Shown: positions 1-10,365, counted from the stretch's first letter. The stretch: DNA of 64,000 nucleotides from Prochlorococcus sp. AG-363-C20 (GCA_003280295.1 QCFI01000004.1:9530-73529), one strand, 5' to 3'. The notes: generated by a model not told the origin, from the letters alone. A program made the numbers and translations.

Positions 1-55
1 TACAGCAGAACAAGCGGCCTTAAAAGCAGTAGATAGGGAGAACAAAGAGACTTAA
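1..55 (+). CDS. 3' end of an upstream gene (partial)
   Basis: Open frame ...TAEQAALKAVDRENKET* ending at TAA 53-55; too short to identify. Confidence 0.5.
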   Translation, partial: TAEQAALKAVDRENKET

Positions 56-85
56 AGTTCTAAGCACTTTTGGTTCTCTAAATTT

Positions 86-601
86 ATGCGTTGTCGCTTT
101 CTGATGACGGCATTTGCCCTCACTACTGGTTTAATTTGCTTTTCTGGTCCCTTATTGGCTCAGACTCCTTCTACTTATAAGGTTTTAGCTACAGGAAAAA
201 GTGGCTTTAATGTTTCTGCTATAGAAAGTCTCTTGAGAAAGGGCGATGATTCCGTCTCAAGGGGAGATTTGCGAGAAGCTAAGGAGCACTTTTTAATGGC
301 TAGAAATACTGCTCAAAAGTTGGCTCCTCTTTTTAGGAATCTATCAGGTTCTTTTAGAGGTCTTGATGCTCGCATTCCACGTGAGATGGATGCCAAAGGT
401 CGTAAGGCTTTAATGCTTCATGCAAAAGCAAACCTTCGCTTGGCAGCTTTATTTAGACGACAGAACAAGCCTGAAGAGGCAGTTCCGCTACTTGTAGAAG
501 TTGTGAAGATTACAACTCCTGCCAAAAAAGAGGGTCAAAAAGCGTATCAAAGTCTAGTTGAATTGGGCTTTGTAGAAACACCTTATCTTGGAGCAAGATA
601 A
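86..601 (+). CDS. Conserved cyanobacterial exported helical (TPR-like) protein
   Basis: Signal-peptide-like N-terminus; helical segments; C-terminal LVELGFVETPY. Confidence 0.75.
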   Translation: MRCRFLMTAFALTTGLICFSGPLLAQTPSTYKVLATGKSGFNVSAIESLLRKGDDSVSRGDLREAKEHFLMARNTAQKLAPLFRNLSGSFRGLDARIPREMDAKGRKALMLHAKANLRLAALFRRQNKPEEAVPLLVEVVKITTPAKKEGQKAYQSLVELGFVETPYLGAR

Positions 602-668
602 GGCTTTATAAAAAACCAATTTGGAGCTCCTTCTGTCATCATCATTCTTCTGGTTTTGATCTATCCTT

Positions 669-902
669 ATGGTTAATTTTGAAGAAGTAAGCGCTGCAAT
701 TAGGCGTGCAATACCTGATGCTTGTGTCACAGTTGAGGACATGAGTGGTGGTGGGGATCATTTGCAGGTGAATGTCGTTTCAAATACCTTTGCGGGACTT
801 TCTTTGATTCGTCAGCATCAATTGGTATATGGAGCCCTTAAAGATGAATTGGCCAGTGAAGCTATCCATGCTTTGGCCTTAAACACAGCTACTCCAAATT
901 GA
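669..902 (+). CDS. bolA: BolA family protein
   Basis: [26 protein letters not shown]...IHAL motif; adjacent to monothiol glutaredoxin. Confidence 0.95.
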   Translation: MVNFEEVSAAIRRAIPDACVTVEDMSGGGDHLQVNVVSNTFAGLSLIRQHQLVYGALKDELASEAIHALALNTATPN

Positions 903-923
903 ATTATTTAATTTTTTTTAAAA

Positions 924-1247
924 ATGGATTTAAACACACGCACTCGCATTGAGGCCCTTATCAATTCGAATTCAATAATGGTTTTTATGAAGGGCACTAA
1001 ACTTATGCCTCAATGTGGCTTCTCAAATAATGTTGTTCAGATCCTTAATGCTCTTGGTATGAGCTTTGAAACATTTGACGTTCTTTCTGATGCTGAGATT
1101 CGTCAAGGGATTAAGGAATTTTCTAATTGGCCTACAATCCCTCAGGTTTATGTCAAAGGAGAGTTCATAGGGGGATCAGACATTCTTATTGAGATGTATA
1201 ACTCTGGAGAACTCCGTGAAAAGCTTGAGATTTCTTTAGCTTCTTAA
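924..1247 (+). CDS. grxD: Monothiol glutaredoxin (Grx4 family)
   Basis: CGFS active site, WPTIPQ, GGSD. Confidence 0.97.
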   Translation: MDLNTRTRIEALINSNSIMVFMKGTKLMPQCGFSNNVVQILNALGMSFETFDVLSDAEIRQGIKEFSNWPTIPQVYVKGEFIGGSDILIEMYNSGELREKLEISLAS

Positions 1248-1260
1248 ATAATTCAAAAAA

Positions 1261-1533
1261 TTACCAAATTTCTTTTTTATAAAAAAGGGTGTTGATATCA
1301 CCATCGGGCCCAATGAAGCTTGATGGGTCTTTAATCCACCTTTCTATAAGTTTCTCAAGGTTTTCTTGGTCTCTTTGCTCTAACTGGCCACACTTTCTTA
1401 AAGCATGTAGATAACCATCTGCATAGAGTTTGAGTTCTGAAGGATGAAGGTGACGACTGGTTAGTTCCTGGCAAGCATCACAGAGTGATTGAAAATGCCT
1501 TATAGCTTCTGGATTGTTAAGTGGTGATGTCAT
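1261..1533 (-). CDS. Conserved cyanobacterial hypothetical protein
   Basis: ORF track; likely start at MTSPLNN (1533), which avoids overlap with the divergent regulator. Confidence 0.8.
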   Translation of the reverse strand: MTSPLNNPEAIRHFQSLCDACQELTSRHLHPSELKLYADGYLHALRKCGQLEQRDQENLEKLIERWIKDPSSFIGPDGDINTLFYKKEIW

Positions 1534-1609
1534 GGTCTGAGAGCAAGACCGTTTGTTTTCACAGCCTGCCATTGAATTGCTTTATCGTAGGCGCGGTCTT
1601 TTAAGGTAT

Positions 1610-2374
1610 GTGACCTCCATCTCTTCAGATTTGCTTTCAAACGAGCAAAGCACATCATCTCCTTTGGAATCTCTTTCCTCACAGGCCACTGCACAAACAC
1701 CTGCAAAGGTGCTTGTTGTGGAGCCTCATCCAACACTCCGAACTGTCCTTGTACAGCGGTTGCGTCAGGATGGGCATTTAACAGCAGCTGTCGCGTCAGC
1801 GATAGAAGCCGTAGACCTTTGTCGAGAACAAACTCCTGATCTTTTGGTTAGTGCAGAATTACTAGATCAAAGTTCAGCTATAGGACTTGCACAACAACTG
1901 GGGTGTTCCTTAATAGTTCTTACGGCTCGAACAGGTGTTGAGCCCTTAGTAGGACTATTAAATGAAGGGGCAGATGATGTTCTGCGCAAGCCATTTGGTC
2001 TTGAAGAGTTGGCTGCTCGTTGTAGAACTCTTCTCAAGCGCGGACGAATAGGTTTGCAAGAGCGTGTAACTGTTGGTCCCCTCGAAGTTCATTTGTTATT
2101 AAGGCAAGTGACGTTGCAAGACAAACCTGTCGAATTGAGTCCACGAGAGTTTGCTCTTCTTTGTGCCTTGTTGATGCCTCCAGGTATGGTAAGAAGTCGA
2201 CAGGAACTTCTAAGGATGGCATGGCCTCCGTTTAGTGGCGGTCCAAGATCGGTGGATACACAAGTACTAACTCTTCGCCGAAAACTGGAGCAAGCGGGCC
2301 TTGGTGAGGGCGGGGGGATAACAACAGTTAGACAACAGGGATATCGCTTTAGCTTAGATAATTTAGAGGTGTAG
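1610..2374 (+). CDS. srrA: OmpR-family response regulator, SrrA-like, with atypical receiver
   Basis: Receiver plus winged helix (LSPREFALL, RSVDTQVLTLRRKL, TVRQQGYRF); GTG start at 1610 inferred; symbol from recalled synteny. Confidence 0.8.
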   Translation: MTSISSDLLSNEQSTSSPLESLSSQATAQTPAKVLVVEPHPTLRTVLVQRLRQDGHLTAAVASAIEAVDLCREQTPDLLVSAELLDQSSAIGLAQQLGCSLIVLTARTGVEPLVGLLNEGADDVLRKPFGLEELAARCRTLLKRGRIGLQERVTVGPLEVHLLLRQVTLQDKPVELSPREFALLCALLMPPGMVRSRQELLRMAWPPFSGGPRSVDTQVLTLRRKLEQAGLGEGGGITTVRQQGYRFSLDNLEV

Positions 2375-2553
2375 TCTTGACCAAAATATCGCTCAAAAAT
2401 AGTTCCTTTGATATATAGCAAAACTAGATAAAACTTTTATTAATTATTGAGTTGTTTCAGATAAATAGCCTGTCTTTAAATATTTTCTATTGAAATTAAT
2501 ATTCATTTTAATTATACTTTTGCAAAGTATAATTGGCTTCTATAGATGATTTG

Positions 2554-4107
2554 TTAATTCGGTAAAGACCAAGGATTAATTCCAAGATCTGCTCCGATTC
2601 GGTGAGCACAAGCAAAGCCACTGAAAGCAACTGCATTTAGCCCTTGTCCTGGGAAACTGGAGTCTCCTACACAAAATAAATTTTTAATACCTGTACTATT
2701 GAAAGGCATTGTTAGTAGACCGGGTAGACGCATTGAAGGAATAGGGCCATAACTACCTTGATGTCTTCCAAGGAATCGTCGATGAGTTCGAGGGGTTCCA
2801 ATTTCCTGATGGCTTATTGCTTCGCTTAGACCAGGGAAAACAGTGTTTATTTTTGCAATAAGACGCTCTGCACAGACTGTCTTTTTTTCTTTATAGGCTG
2901 ATGGAGATAGCCCTTCCCATTCTTTTATAGAGGATGGAGTAAAAGCGTGAACAATATGTTTCCCTTCTGGGGCTAGTGATTGGTCCAATAATGTCGGGAT
3001 TGAGATAAAACAGACACCTTGTTCTTTTTCCATGTCATCCCATTCTTTCAAGATTAGATGATGGCAATGGGCATCCTTTGGAATAGTCAAATTATTTACA
3101 CCTAGATGAATAGAGAGAAAAGATGATGATGGGATATAGCGATTCCTCCATTTGTATTCAGAGCTTGGTACCTTCGATGGCTCTATTAAGGGTTGTTTGC
3201 AGCCTTCTCCACCGAAAGTATTCCAGCGGGTTGCATTTGAAATGATTTTTTTTGCAAGAATCTTTTCTCCACTTGCAAGTTGTACTCCAACAGCTCTATT
3301 GCCCTCTAGCAGAATCTTCGTGACAAGTGACTTATATCTTATTGCTCCAGAATGTTCCTCTAACCCTTTTACAAGTTCTTGTGCTATTACACCTACTCCT
3401 CCTTTTGGGTAGTTAATTCCTCCTGCATGGCGATCAGAAAAAACCATTCCTGCATTGATCATTGGTGTACGCTCTGCAGGCATTACAGACCAACAGAAGC
3501 ATTCAATATCAATAAATTTCAACAACTCTGAATCTTTTATATACCGTTTAGCAACGTCTCCAACATTTACTGGTAACCAACGTGCCAGGCCTAAACACGC
3601 TAGAGGTGCTTTAAAAAAAACCTTTGCAAGATATGTAGGATCTTCGATTGAAAGTAATGGCATTGCATCTAGGCAATGAAAAACTTTCCAGCAGGTCTCA
3701 TAAAAATGTTTTATACCAGACTCTTCATGTGGGAAAAGTGATATGAGATCAGATATGAATTGATCATAATTTCTATTGACAGCGATATTGAAGCCATCAG
3801 GAAGGTGGTAGGCGAGTTGAACAGGATCAGGAAATGTCTCGATTCTCTTTCCAACATCTGCTAATGCACGAGTAAGCAAGTTTGTATATCCATTTTCCCC
3901 AAAACCAAAAATCATTGACGCTCCAACGTCAAACGTGAACCCATTCCTTTGAAAAGACCCACCACTGCCTCCAGGAATTGTGTAGCGCTCCAATACAAGT
4001 ACCTTTGCACCTTTCACAGCTAATTGACTTGCTGTGACAAGTCCGCCAAGACCTGAACCAATTACAATTGCATCCCAGCTCTTTTGGGTTGACTTGTGAT
4101 CATCCAT
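2554..4107 (-). CDS. crtH: Carotenoid isomerase
   Basis: GSGLGG FAD motif, FDVGASMIFGFG, GDSSFPGQGLNAVAFSG. Confidence 0.95.
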   Translation of the reverse strand: MDDHKSTQKSWDAIVIGSGLGGLVTASQLAVKGAKVLVLERYTIPGGSGGSFQRNGFTFDVGASMIFGFGENGYTNLLTRALADVGKRIETFPDPVQLAYHLPDGFNIAVNRNYDQFISDLISLFPHEESGIKHFYETCWKVFHCLDAMPLLSIEDPTYLAKVFFKAPLACLGLARWLPVNVGDVAKRYIKDSELLKFIDIECFCWSVMPAERTPMINAGMVFSDRHAGGINYPKGGVGVIAQELVKGLEEHSGAIRYKSLVTKILLEGNRAVGVQLASGEKILAKKIISNATRWNTFGGEGCKQPLIEPSKVPSSEYKWRNRYIPSSSFLSIHLGVNNLTIPKDAHCHHLILKEWDDMEKEQGVCFISIPTLLDQSLAPEGKHIVHAFTPSSIKEWEGLSPSAYKEKKTVCAERLIAKINTVFPGLSEAISHQEIGTPRTHRRFLGRHQGSYGPIPSMRLPGLLTMPFNSTGIKNLFCVGDSSFPGQGLNAVAFSGFACAHRIGADLGINPWSLPN

Positions 4108-4197
4108 AGTGTTTGAACGACTATTTGAACTTAATGGCTCATCAGTTAAGTAATAAATATTTAGCTGACAGGATTTGATTCTTTATATTCGGAGTCC

Positions 4198-5571
4198 TCA
4201 AGGTATTTGGACTACTTTCATAAGATCATAAAGTGCTCTGTCACGATAAGCGCCATATCGAGTCCGTTTATCTTTAATTCGTTTAGGTAACTCTGGTAAA
4301 AGGCCAAAGTTTGGTGGCATAGGCTGGAAATGATTTTCTCCTTTAATTTTTTTGATGCTTTTGATACTGCTAATAAAGTGTGTAAGGGAGCCAATCATTG
4401 TTGTCAGAGGAAGAGTTATGGGCTTCTTCCCTAAAGCTAATAACGCTGCATTTGTGCCAGCAAGCCAACCTCCAGCAACAGCAGCTGCATAACCTTCTGT
4501 TCCTGTTATTTGACCGGCCGCAAGGAGATTAGTTCGCTTCTTGAACTGGAGAGTAGGGTTTAATAAATTTGGGGATTCAAGAAATGTGTTTCGATGCATT
4601 ACCCCAAAACGAACAAATTCGGCATTTGCTAGCCCAGGAATCATTCTCAGAATACGTTTTTGTTCGCCCCATTTAAGATTTGTTTGAAATCCAACTAAAT
4701 TCCAAAGGCGTCCAAGTCGGTCTTCTTGGCGCAACTGAACAACAGCAAAGGCACGCTTCGCCTTTCTGACATCTTTGTCGTTCAGATCACCCCAGCGTGG
4801 ATCCCAAATACCTATTGGCTTGAGTGGGCCATAACGCATTGTTTCTTCTCCTCTTCGGGCCAACTCTTCAATTGGTAAACATCCTTCGAAGTAAATCGCT
4901 GATTCCTTGTCGAAGTCCTTTAGTTCAGCTAATTCAGCTCTCAGCAGAGCTTCTCGAAAGGCAATGTATTGATCCCTGTCTAATGGACAGTTGATGTAAT
5001 CAGCATCTCCTTTGTCATATCGACTGGCTCGAAAGGCTATAGATTTATCGATGCTATCTCCGTCAACGATCGGGCTTGCAGCATCGAAGAAATGGCATTC
5101 TTCTATACCTGTAAATTCTTTAAGATCGTTTGCTAAATCATTGCTTGTTAGTGGTCCGGTTGCAATAACCGTGATCTGTTCTTCTGTTGGCAATTGTTTT
5201 AGCTCTCTTCGCTCAATATTTATTAAAGGGTTTGAAGCAAGTCTTTGAGTTAGAGCTTGACTGAATTGTCCTCGATCTACAGCAAGAGCCCCTCCTGCAG
5301 GTACAGCATGTTCATCAGCGGTCGCAATGATTAGAGAGTTTAATTTTCTAAGTTCTTCTTGTAATAACCCTGCTGCACGATCGCTTTTAATTGAGCCGAA
5401 ACTGTTGCTACAAACTAGTTCAGCGAAATCACTCGTGTGATGCGCAGGTGTGGTGGCCACAGGACGCATTTCTATAAGTTTGACCTTTACACCTGCTCTA
5501 GAAACTTGCCACGCGGCTTCGGTGCCTGCTAGACCTGCACCAATGATTAATACTGTTGGAGAGTTGTTCAA
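4198..5571 (-). CDS. trmFO: Folate/FAD-dependent tRNA m5U54 methyltransferase
   Basis: [35 protein letters not shown]. Confidence 0.97.
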   Translation of the reverse strand: MNNSPTVLIIGAGLAGTEAAWQVSRAGVKVKLIEMRPVATTPAHHTSDFAELVCSNSFGSIKSDRAAGLLQEELRKLNSLIIATADEHAVPAGGALAVDRGQFSQALTQRLASNPLINIERRELKQLPTEEQITVIATGPLTSNDLANDLKEFTGIEECHFFDAASPIVDGDSIDKSIAFRASRYDKGDADYINCPLDRDQYIAFREALLRAELAELKDFDKESAIYFEGCLPIEELARRGEETMRYGPLKPIGIWDPRWGDLNDKDVRKAKRAFAVVQLRQEDRLGRLWNLVGFQTNLKWGEQKRILRMIPGLANAEFVRFGVMHRNTFLESPNLLNPTLQFKKRTNLLAAGQITGTEGYAAAVAGGWLAGTNAALLALGKKPITLPLTTMIGSLTHFISSIKSIKKIKGENHFQPMPPNFGLLPELPKRIKDKRTRYGAYRDRALYDLMKVVQIP

Positions 5572-5811
5572 AGCATTAAGTCAATTTTTTGAACTTGAAC
5601 TTAGTAATTCTGTTGGAAAGCCCTTTTCATTGTTTGCAGAACGCTTTTGTTTGTTTGGGATTTTTGAAGACCTTTTTGTAAAGAACTGAGAGATTCCTAA
5701 TAAAATTGGCTTTATCAAAGGGTTGATGTCTGAAAAAGTCAGCAACTATTCAAATAAAGGTAGGCCGCATGATATTTTTCCATGCGTGCCTTTAAGGCAT
5801 TCCTTTAGGGC

Positions 5812-5883
5812 GGGTCGCTAGCTCAGCGGTAGAGCATCCGGCTTTTAACCGGCTGGTCCTGAGTTCGAATCTCAGGCGACCCA
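5812..5883 (+). tRNA. trnK: tRNA-Lys(UUU)
   Basis: GGGTCGC/GCGACCC acceptor stem, anticodon loop CTTTTAA, T-loop TTCGAAT; CCA not encoded. Confidence 0.97.
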
Positions 5884-6086
5884 TCTTAATCTAAACACTT
5901 TGGCTATCGTTTTTTTTGAAGTTGATGATCGTAAATTAGTCCTTAGTAAAAGTTCTTTGCAATTAGCTTGGGATAAATTTGAAGCTTAGAGCAAGGAGGC
6001 TTGATTGAATGTTTTTTCTAAAAACCTGGATTTACGCAAATTTTCATCTCAATAGACTAGAACAGTACTAGTAGTTCTACTTTTAA

Positions 6087-6203
6087 ATGCTTTTTGGCCT
6101 TACAAAGAAGCAGATTGTTGCCTGGGGGCTTCTTGCTACAGGAGCAAAAATCGCATTTGGCTTATGGCTTTTTGGATGGTTAGGATGGCATCTTCCTTGG
6201 TAA
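6087..6203 (+). CDS. 38-aa Trp/Gly-rich membrane micro-protein
   Basis: Manual translation MLFGLTKKQIVAWGLLATGAKIAFGLWLFGWLGWHLPW*; GC-richer than flanks. Confidence 0.65.
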   Translation: MLFGLTKKQIVAWGLLATGAKIAFGLWLFGWLGWHLPW

Positions 6204-6470
6204 TGAAATGTATTGCTGAGAAATTTTTTAAATAAATTAATTTTAAGCTTTTACAAATAAAAGCTTTGAGTTTATATTAGGAGTTAATCTTCTTTTTGAT
6301 TTAACTTTTTTTTCAAAATTAGATGCAGGGTTTTAACTTAATGATCTAATTTGATTCCGCTGATTGGCTTAAAGGAGACTTCCCAGCTATTTAGAACTAG
6401 TTTTAACATTGCATACTTTTGAAAGACGGTCTAAATTATAAATAATTTCTTAGTTAATCAGAAAGGGTTT

Positions 6471-6836
6471 TTGATGGATATAAATACTTCTAGAAACCTG
6501 CATAAGCTTGTCCCTATATTGGCAACTATCTGTCTTTTCCCAAGAAATGCTCAGGCTGGTCTTGATAAATTTAGCTATTTGGAAAAGATTGAAGATTGGA
6601 CTATTGAACGTAAGGTAGATTCAATAACTAAAAATATTTCGTGTAGAGCCTCTATACTTAATCATGGGACTTGGTTTAGTGCCCGTATTCGATTGGATAG
6701 AAATGATAAGTTGGTTTTTCCATCAGGATCCATTAAGAAGAAGAAAACAAGTAGTTCAACTTTAACAATCCTTAGAAGACATTTAAAAGCCTGTCGAACT
6801 AGTTTGATTTATATGCCAAAAGAAGCCAAAGAATAA
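6471..6836 (+). CDS. Hypothetical exported protein
   Basis: Signal-like N-terminus ending AQA; two mature-region Cys (SCRAS, ACRTS). Confidence 0.7.
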   Translation: MMDINTSRNLHKLVPILATICLFPRNAQAGLDKFSYLEKIEDWTIERKVDSITKNISCRASILNHGTWFSARIRLDRNDKLVFPSGSIKKKKTSSSTLTILRRHLKACRTSLIYMPKEAKE

Positions 6837-7264
6837 GAAATAATTTAACTTTGCTTTCATTTTTATAAGCATTAGAGTTAGAGACAGTTAAAAGGTTTTT
6901 AATTGAATTAAAATAGTTTTTCTTATAAATTAATTTTTGGCAGGCTTTGATATGTAAAGTCAAAAAATAAGATTAGTCTATGAGCTCCTAATAATAAACT
7001 TTATAGTAATAGCCTACATTAACTTTACTTTTTGTTTTTAAGGCCAGGTATTGCTTTGGTTGAAATTTTTGAATAATGTATAAATAGCTTCGTTTGTATA
7101 TGGAATCGTATGAATTCAGAGCTTTTCCTGGTAATTTCAGCCATTATTAAAGCAAGCTCTTAAGCCTCTTTAAATAGTGCTCACGGATGAATCCCTAAAA
7201 GGATTTAGGACGCTAGCCTGAGTTTTTCCAAGAAATTTGGAGAATTGTAAGTTAAGAAGGATCT

Positions 7265-7597
7265 ATGGAAATGGAAAAGAAACCTTCAGCTATTACCAGA
7301 GCCAAGAAAAGTTGGTTGTGGAGTTGGGCTGAGCCTGAAAGTTCGCCGACTGTTTGGCCTAAATCCAAAACAGAGAGATTGGCTTTGCAAGCCAAGCTTG
7401 CCAATATTGACGCAGAGAGGGCTGTCAGTCGTGCATATCAAATTGAATTGACAAGAACAAAAGCAGTTGGCGAAGCTATGTTTAAATCTGGGAAAGCGCT
7501 TCGATTTACTCTAACTAGCTCAGCAAGGCAAATACTTTTGCGTACTGAAGCCGCTCGTCGAGAATTTGAGCCTGGATACAGAAACAGGAAGCTTTGA
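7265..7597 (+). CDS. Hypothetical helical protein
   Basis: 110-aa ORF with AAGGA RBS upstream. Confidence 0.7.
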   Translation: MEMEKKPSAITRAKKSWLWSWAEPESSPTVWPKSKTERLALQAKLANIDAERAVSRAYQIELTRTKAVGEAMFKSGKALRFTLTSSARQILLRTEAARREFEPGYRNRKL

Positions 7598-7903
7598 TAG
7601 ATTATATTTACCTAGTAATTTTAAGGCAAAAATATTTGGCCTTTACTTTTAAATATTAAAATTGTGTAATGCCTTTTGGGATATAAAATTATATGTAGTT
7701 GTTTCAAAATCAAAACTTGAAGCAAAATCATTTAATCAACCTAATATAACTTTCAACCATTTTGTCAGTAAAAATTTTAAGGTAGATTTCATTAGGGGTA
7801 CAACTTGCTTTTTTGATAGATTATGATCTTTGCTCAAGGTTGTAGTTGCAATTCCTAAGAGATCACCTTATTTGATAAAATAAAACTATAAACATTTTGA
7901 ATT

Positions 7904-8038
7904 ATGGACCTTTCTATCTCTTTATTATGGATTGCTATTCCATTTGTAGTAGCAACTATATTCTTTGGAACTAAAAATGGCTTCTATGATAGCAATCAAT
8001 ATGATGGAGATGGCTGTGCCCATGATGTTAAAAGGTAA
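7904..8038 (+). CDS. ndhP: NDH-1L small subunit NdhP
   Basis: MDLSISLLWIAIPFVVATIFFGTKNGFYDSNQYDGDGCAHDVKR*; one TM helix plus FFGTxNGFYDxxQYxGxGxAH signature; absent from ORF track. Confidence 0.9.
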   Translation: MDLSISLLWIAIPFVVATIFFGTKNGFYDSNQYDGDGCAHDVKR

Positions 8039-8189
8039 ATATAACTATATTTAGAACCCTAAATGTAGTTATATTTTTGATTAGTTTTCGTGGGCTTATA
8101 TAGATATTTTAGAGAAAACTTTATATAAAAATACGAAAATGGATTATTAGCAACCTATAGTTGAATAGAAGAAGTAATTAAATTTTCAG

Positions 8190-8537
8190 ATGAGATGGCC
8201 ACCTGTTAAGTCATGGACTAGCTCTTGCTCTAGAGAGGGGTTCCGACATTTTGTAGCAATTAACTATGGGGGGGTACGAACAAAAAGATGGGTTTCTCTT
8301 GTGGCTGTACTGGATGGGAACTCCCGTTTAATTGTTCCTTGGAGTGAGATGAAAGATACTTCAAAATGGAATTCAGGGTGGCTAAAACTTTCCAGAAACG
8401 AAAGTAATCCACCATTAATTAGTCCTCTTAATAAGAGGATACCTGAAGTTAATAGTCAACAAGGATGCCTTCATCCCTCTAAAGACTCAGGTTTACTTGC
8501 ATCATCTGAAAAGGGTTCAGTTAGACCCTGGAGTTAA
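8190..8537 (+). CDS. Trp-rich conserved protein (TIGR02450-like)
   Basis: WPPVKSWTS...GFRHFVAINYGG...W..GW. Confidence 0.8.
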   Translation: MRWPPVKSWTSSCSREGFRHFVAINYGGVRTKRWVSLVAVLDGNSRLIVPWSEMKDTSKWNSGWLKLSRNESNPPLISPLNKRIPEVNSQQGCLHPSKDSGLLASSEKGSVRPWS

Positions 8538-8895
8538 CAGTTATTTCTTTGGAGTTGAAGTAAGGGTATAAATACCATTGAAAATATTTATTATTTTTAT
8601 GGATTATACAAGCTTCTTTAGAGGATACTATTTAATAGCATTGCAATGCTTACCCTTCCAAAATAGATAATTGGCTTGAAAAAATAATGTTTTTCTAAGG
8701 AGTATTTACTCTTGTATCTTCAGTTATTCTTATTAATAGAAAGTGGAAATATCAATAAAATTTAATTTCTTAGTATTGATAAATAAAAAAAGATACTTAA
8801 TGAAATCAACCTGTAGTGGGATTTTATGTTGATTTTAAATAGAACTTTTAGAATTCAGTAGCAGGTTATATTCTTAGAACTTTATTGATAATTAT

Positions 8896-9060
8896 TTAGC
8901 TTGCCGGGAAGTCCGTAACAAACTTCTTTAGGAAGGTATATAAAAACAAAATCACTACTAGATTCCCAAGCATTGCTATAGCAAAACGAATCCTGAGGTC
9001 TTTGAGTAAAGGGCTTTCGAGAGCTGTCTCCCAAAATTGTAGAATTGGTCCACCGGCCAT
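8896..9060 (-). CDS. 54-aa single-TM micro-protein
   Basis: AAGGAACA-ATG start; MAGGPILQFWETALESPLLKDLRIRFAIAMLGNLVVILFLYTFLKKFVTDFPAS*. Confidence 0.7.
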   Translation of the reverse strand: MAGGPILQFWETALESPLLKDLRIRFAIAMLGNLVVILFLYTFLKKFVTDFPAS

Positions 9061-9315
9061 TGTTCCTTAAACGAAGTTTCCTCAATAAAGGTAGTCCATA
9101 ATGGGATCTAAATCTGATCCAATATGCATTGATATAAGACTTTTATAGAAAAAAAAGGTTTGTTAAAGCTTCGTCAACTGGATTTGTGTGTGTAAGTGCT
9201 CAAAAATGCTAGCTCTCTATAACTAAAATTTTTTTTAAGCTCGACTACTCCATAGCACTAATGATGAGCTATGGATATGGCGTCCTAATTACTTAAATTG
9301 TCAGAGAAATTGAAT

Positions 9316-9489
9316 TCATAGTGGCCTTCCTGATATGAATTGATGCGCAGCCGGTACGTATCTATATAGCAGAAACGCAATTAAAAGAAGAAGGTTGCCT
9401 CCTAAGACTAGCCCTCCAGTAATCGCGTTTTGTCTGTTGGAGGTGTAATCCCATTTAGGTTGACCATCTGGTGTTTGTTCGTTTGCCAC
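9316..9489 (-). CDS. 57-aa single-TM micro-protein
   Basis: GTG start; MANEQTPDGQPKWDYTSNRQNAITGGLVLGGNLLLLIAFLLYRYVPAAHQFISGRPL*. Confidence 0.7.
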   Translation of the reverse strand: MANEQTPDGQPKWDYTSNRQNAITGGLVLGGNLLLLIAFLLYRYVPAAHQFISGRPL

Positions 9490-9878
9490 AGGAATATGGG
9501 AAGGTGTTAACTGCGTTCAAAATTATTTTACGCTAACCCCATAGAAAATTTAAAGACTAAAAAAGAACTTCAGAGTTTTTATATGATGGATGAAGATTCA
9601 TTTAAATATTTTGGTGGTTACTAAAACATTTAAATGCTTTCATGGCGAGGAAATTTAGTTTAAAGGTAAGTTTGAAATGTTTTATTCTTATATGATTTTG
9701 AATGCATTAGCCCAAATGCTTTTAATATATGAATTACAGGGATTGTAAGGCCTTAGATCTTACCTCATTCAATTGAAAATAGCTCTAATTGGCTATAGTT
9801 TTTTAAATTTAGGCATTGTCGAGTTTGGTTTCAAACTCGCCAGCCTTATCACTTGAGGCTTTAGAGAAAAATCATTAA

Positions 9879-9925
9879 GTACTATATATAGCGTATGATG
9901 AGACTCCAGTAGGTATATATAGTAG
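9879..9925. promoter_or_regulatory. Tandem NrdR-box-like pair
   Basis: GTACTATATATAGCGT (9879-9894) and TAGGTATATATAGTAG (9910-9925), 31 bp apart. Confidence 0.5.
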
Positions 9926-9975
9926 TTGCTTAGGGCTTGTTTTTAAGGCTCAATGGAATCAAATATCCAATATAA

Positions 9976-10119
9976 ATGTCTGCAACCCGCATTCCAGAAG
10001 ACAATACAGAGGAAATTTATTATTCTAGATTGAGAAGATTTAATAATAAAGATGTTAAAACCAAGTTAGGGTTGGCTGAATTACTGTTTCAAGCATTGAT
10101 GTTAGTCTTGCTTGTTTAA
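9976..10119 (+). CDS. Possible 47-aa micro-protein with hydrophobic C-terminus
   Basis: MSATRIPEDNTEEIYYSRLRRFNNKDVKTKLGLAELLFQALMLVLLV*. Confidence 0.4.
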   Translation: MSATRIPEDNTEEIYYSRLRRFNNKDVKTKLGLAELLFQALMLVLLV

Positions 10120-10365
10120 CAAAGAATTTCTTCATTAAGCAAGCTTTTTAAGCTACTTTTCAAACTGAATTTCGGATAACCAGAGAATTCTGATGGAGAT
10201 AATATATTTAAAATTATTCTATTCTAACTAAAATATTTTCAGTTAGAATACTTATGAGTTCTTTTACCCTGTAGCTTCTAGGATTCTTCTCTAAAAGAGG
10301 ACATGAGAGTTGCTTAGTGAAAAAGTAATATTATTTGATAAGCCAATGATTTCCCTTGAAATCGA

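Noticed and set aside
5575-5760. psbY, recalled next to trmFO in relatives
   Set aside because: Only an unconvincing short minus-strand ORF without PsbY similarity.
6058-6079. LexA box upstream of the Trp-rich peptide
   Set aside because: AGTAC and GTTCT are 5 nt apart rather than 4; kept only as an unassigned palindrome.
8148-8819. Single NrdR-like cores CAACCTATAG (8151) and CAACCTGTAG (8807)
   Set aside because: No partner box at helical spacing; may be chance.
8882-9085. Track ORF of 67 aa (minus)
   Set aside because: The overlapping frame 8896-9060 has an RBS, an ATG and a clear TM helix, so it is the better call.
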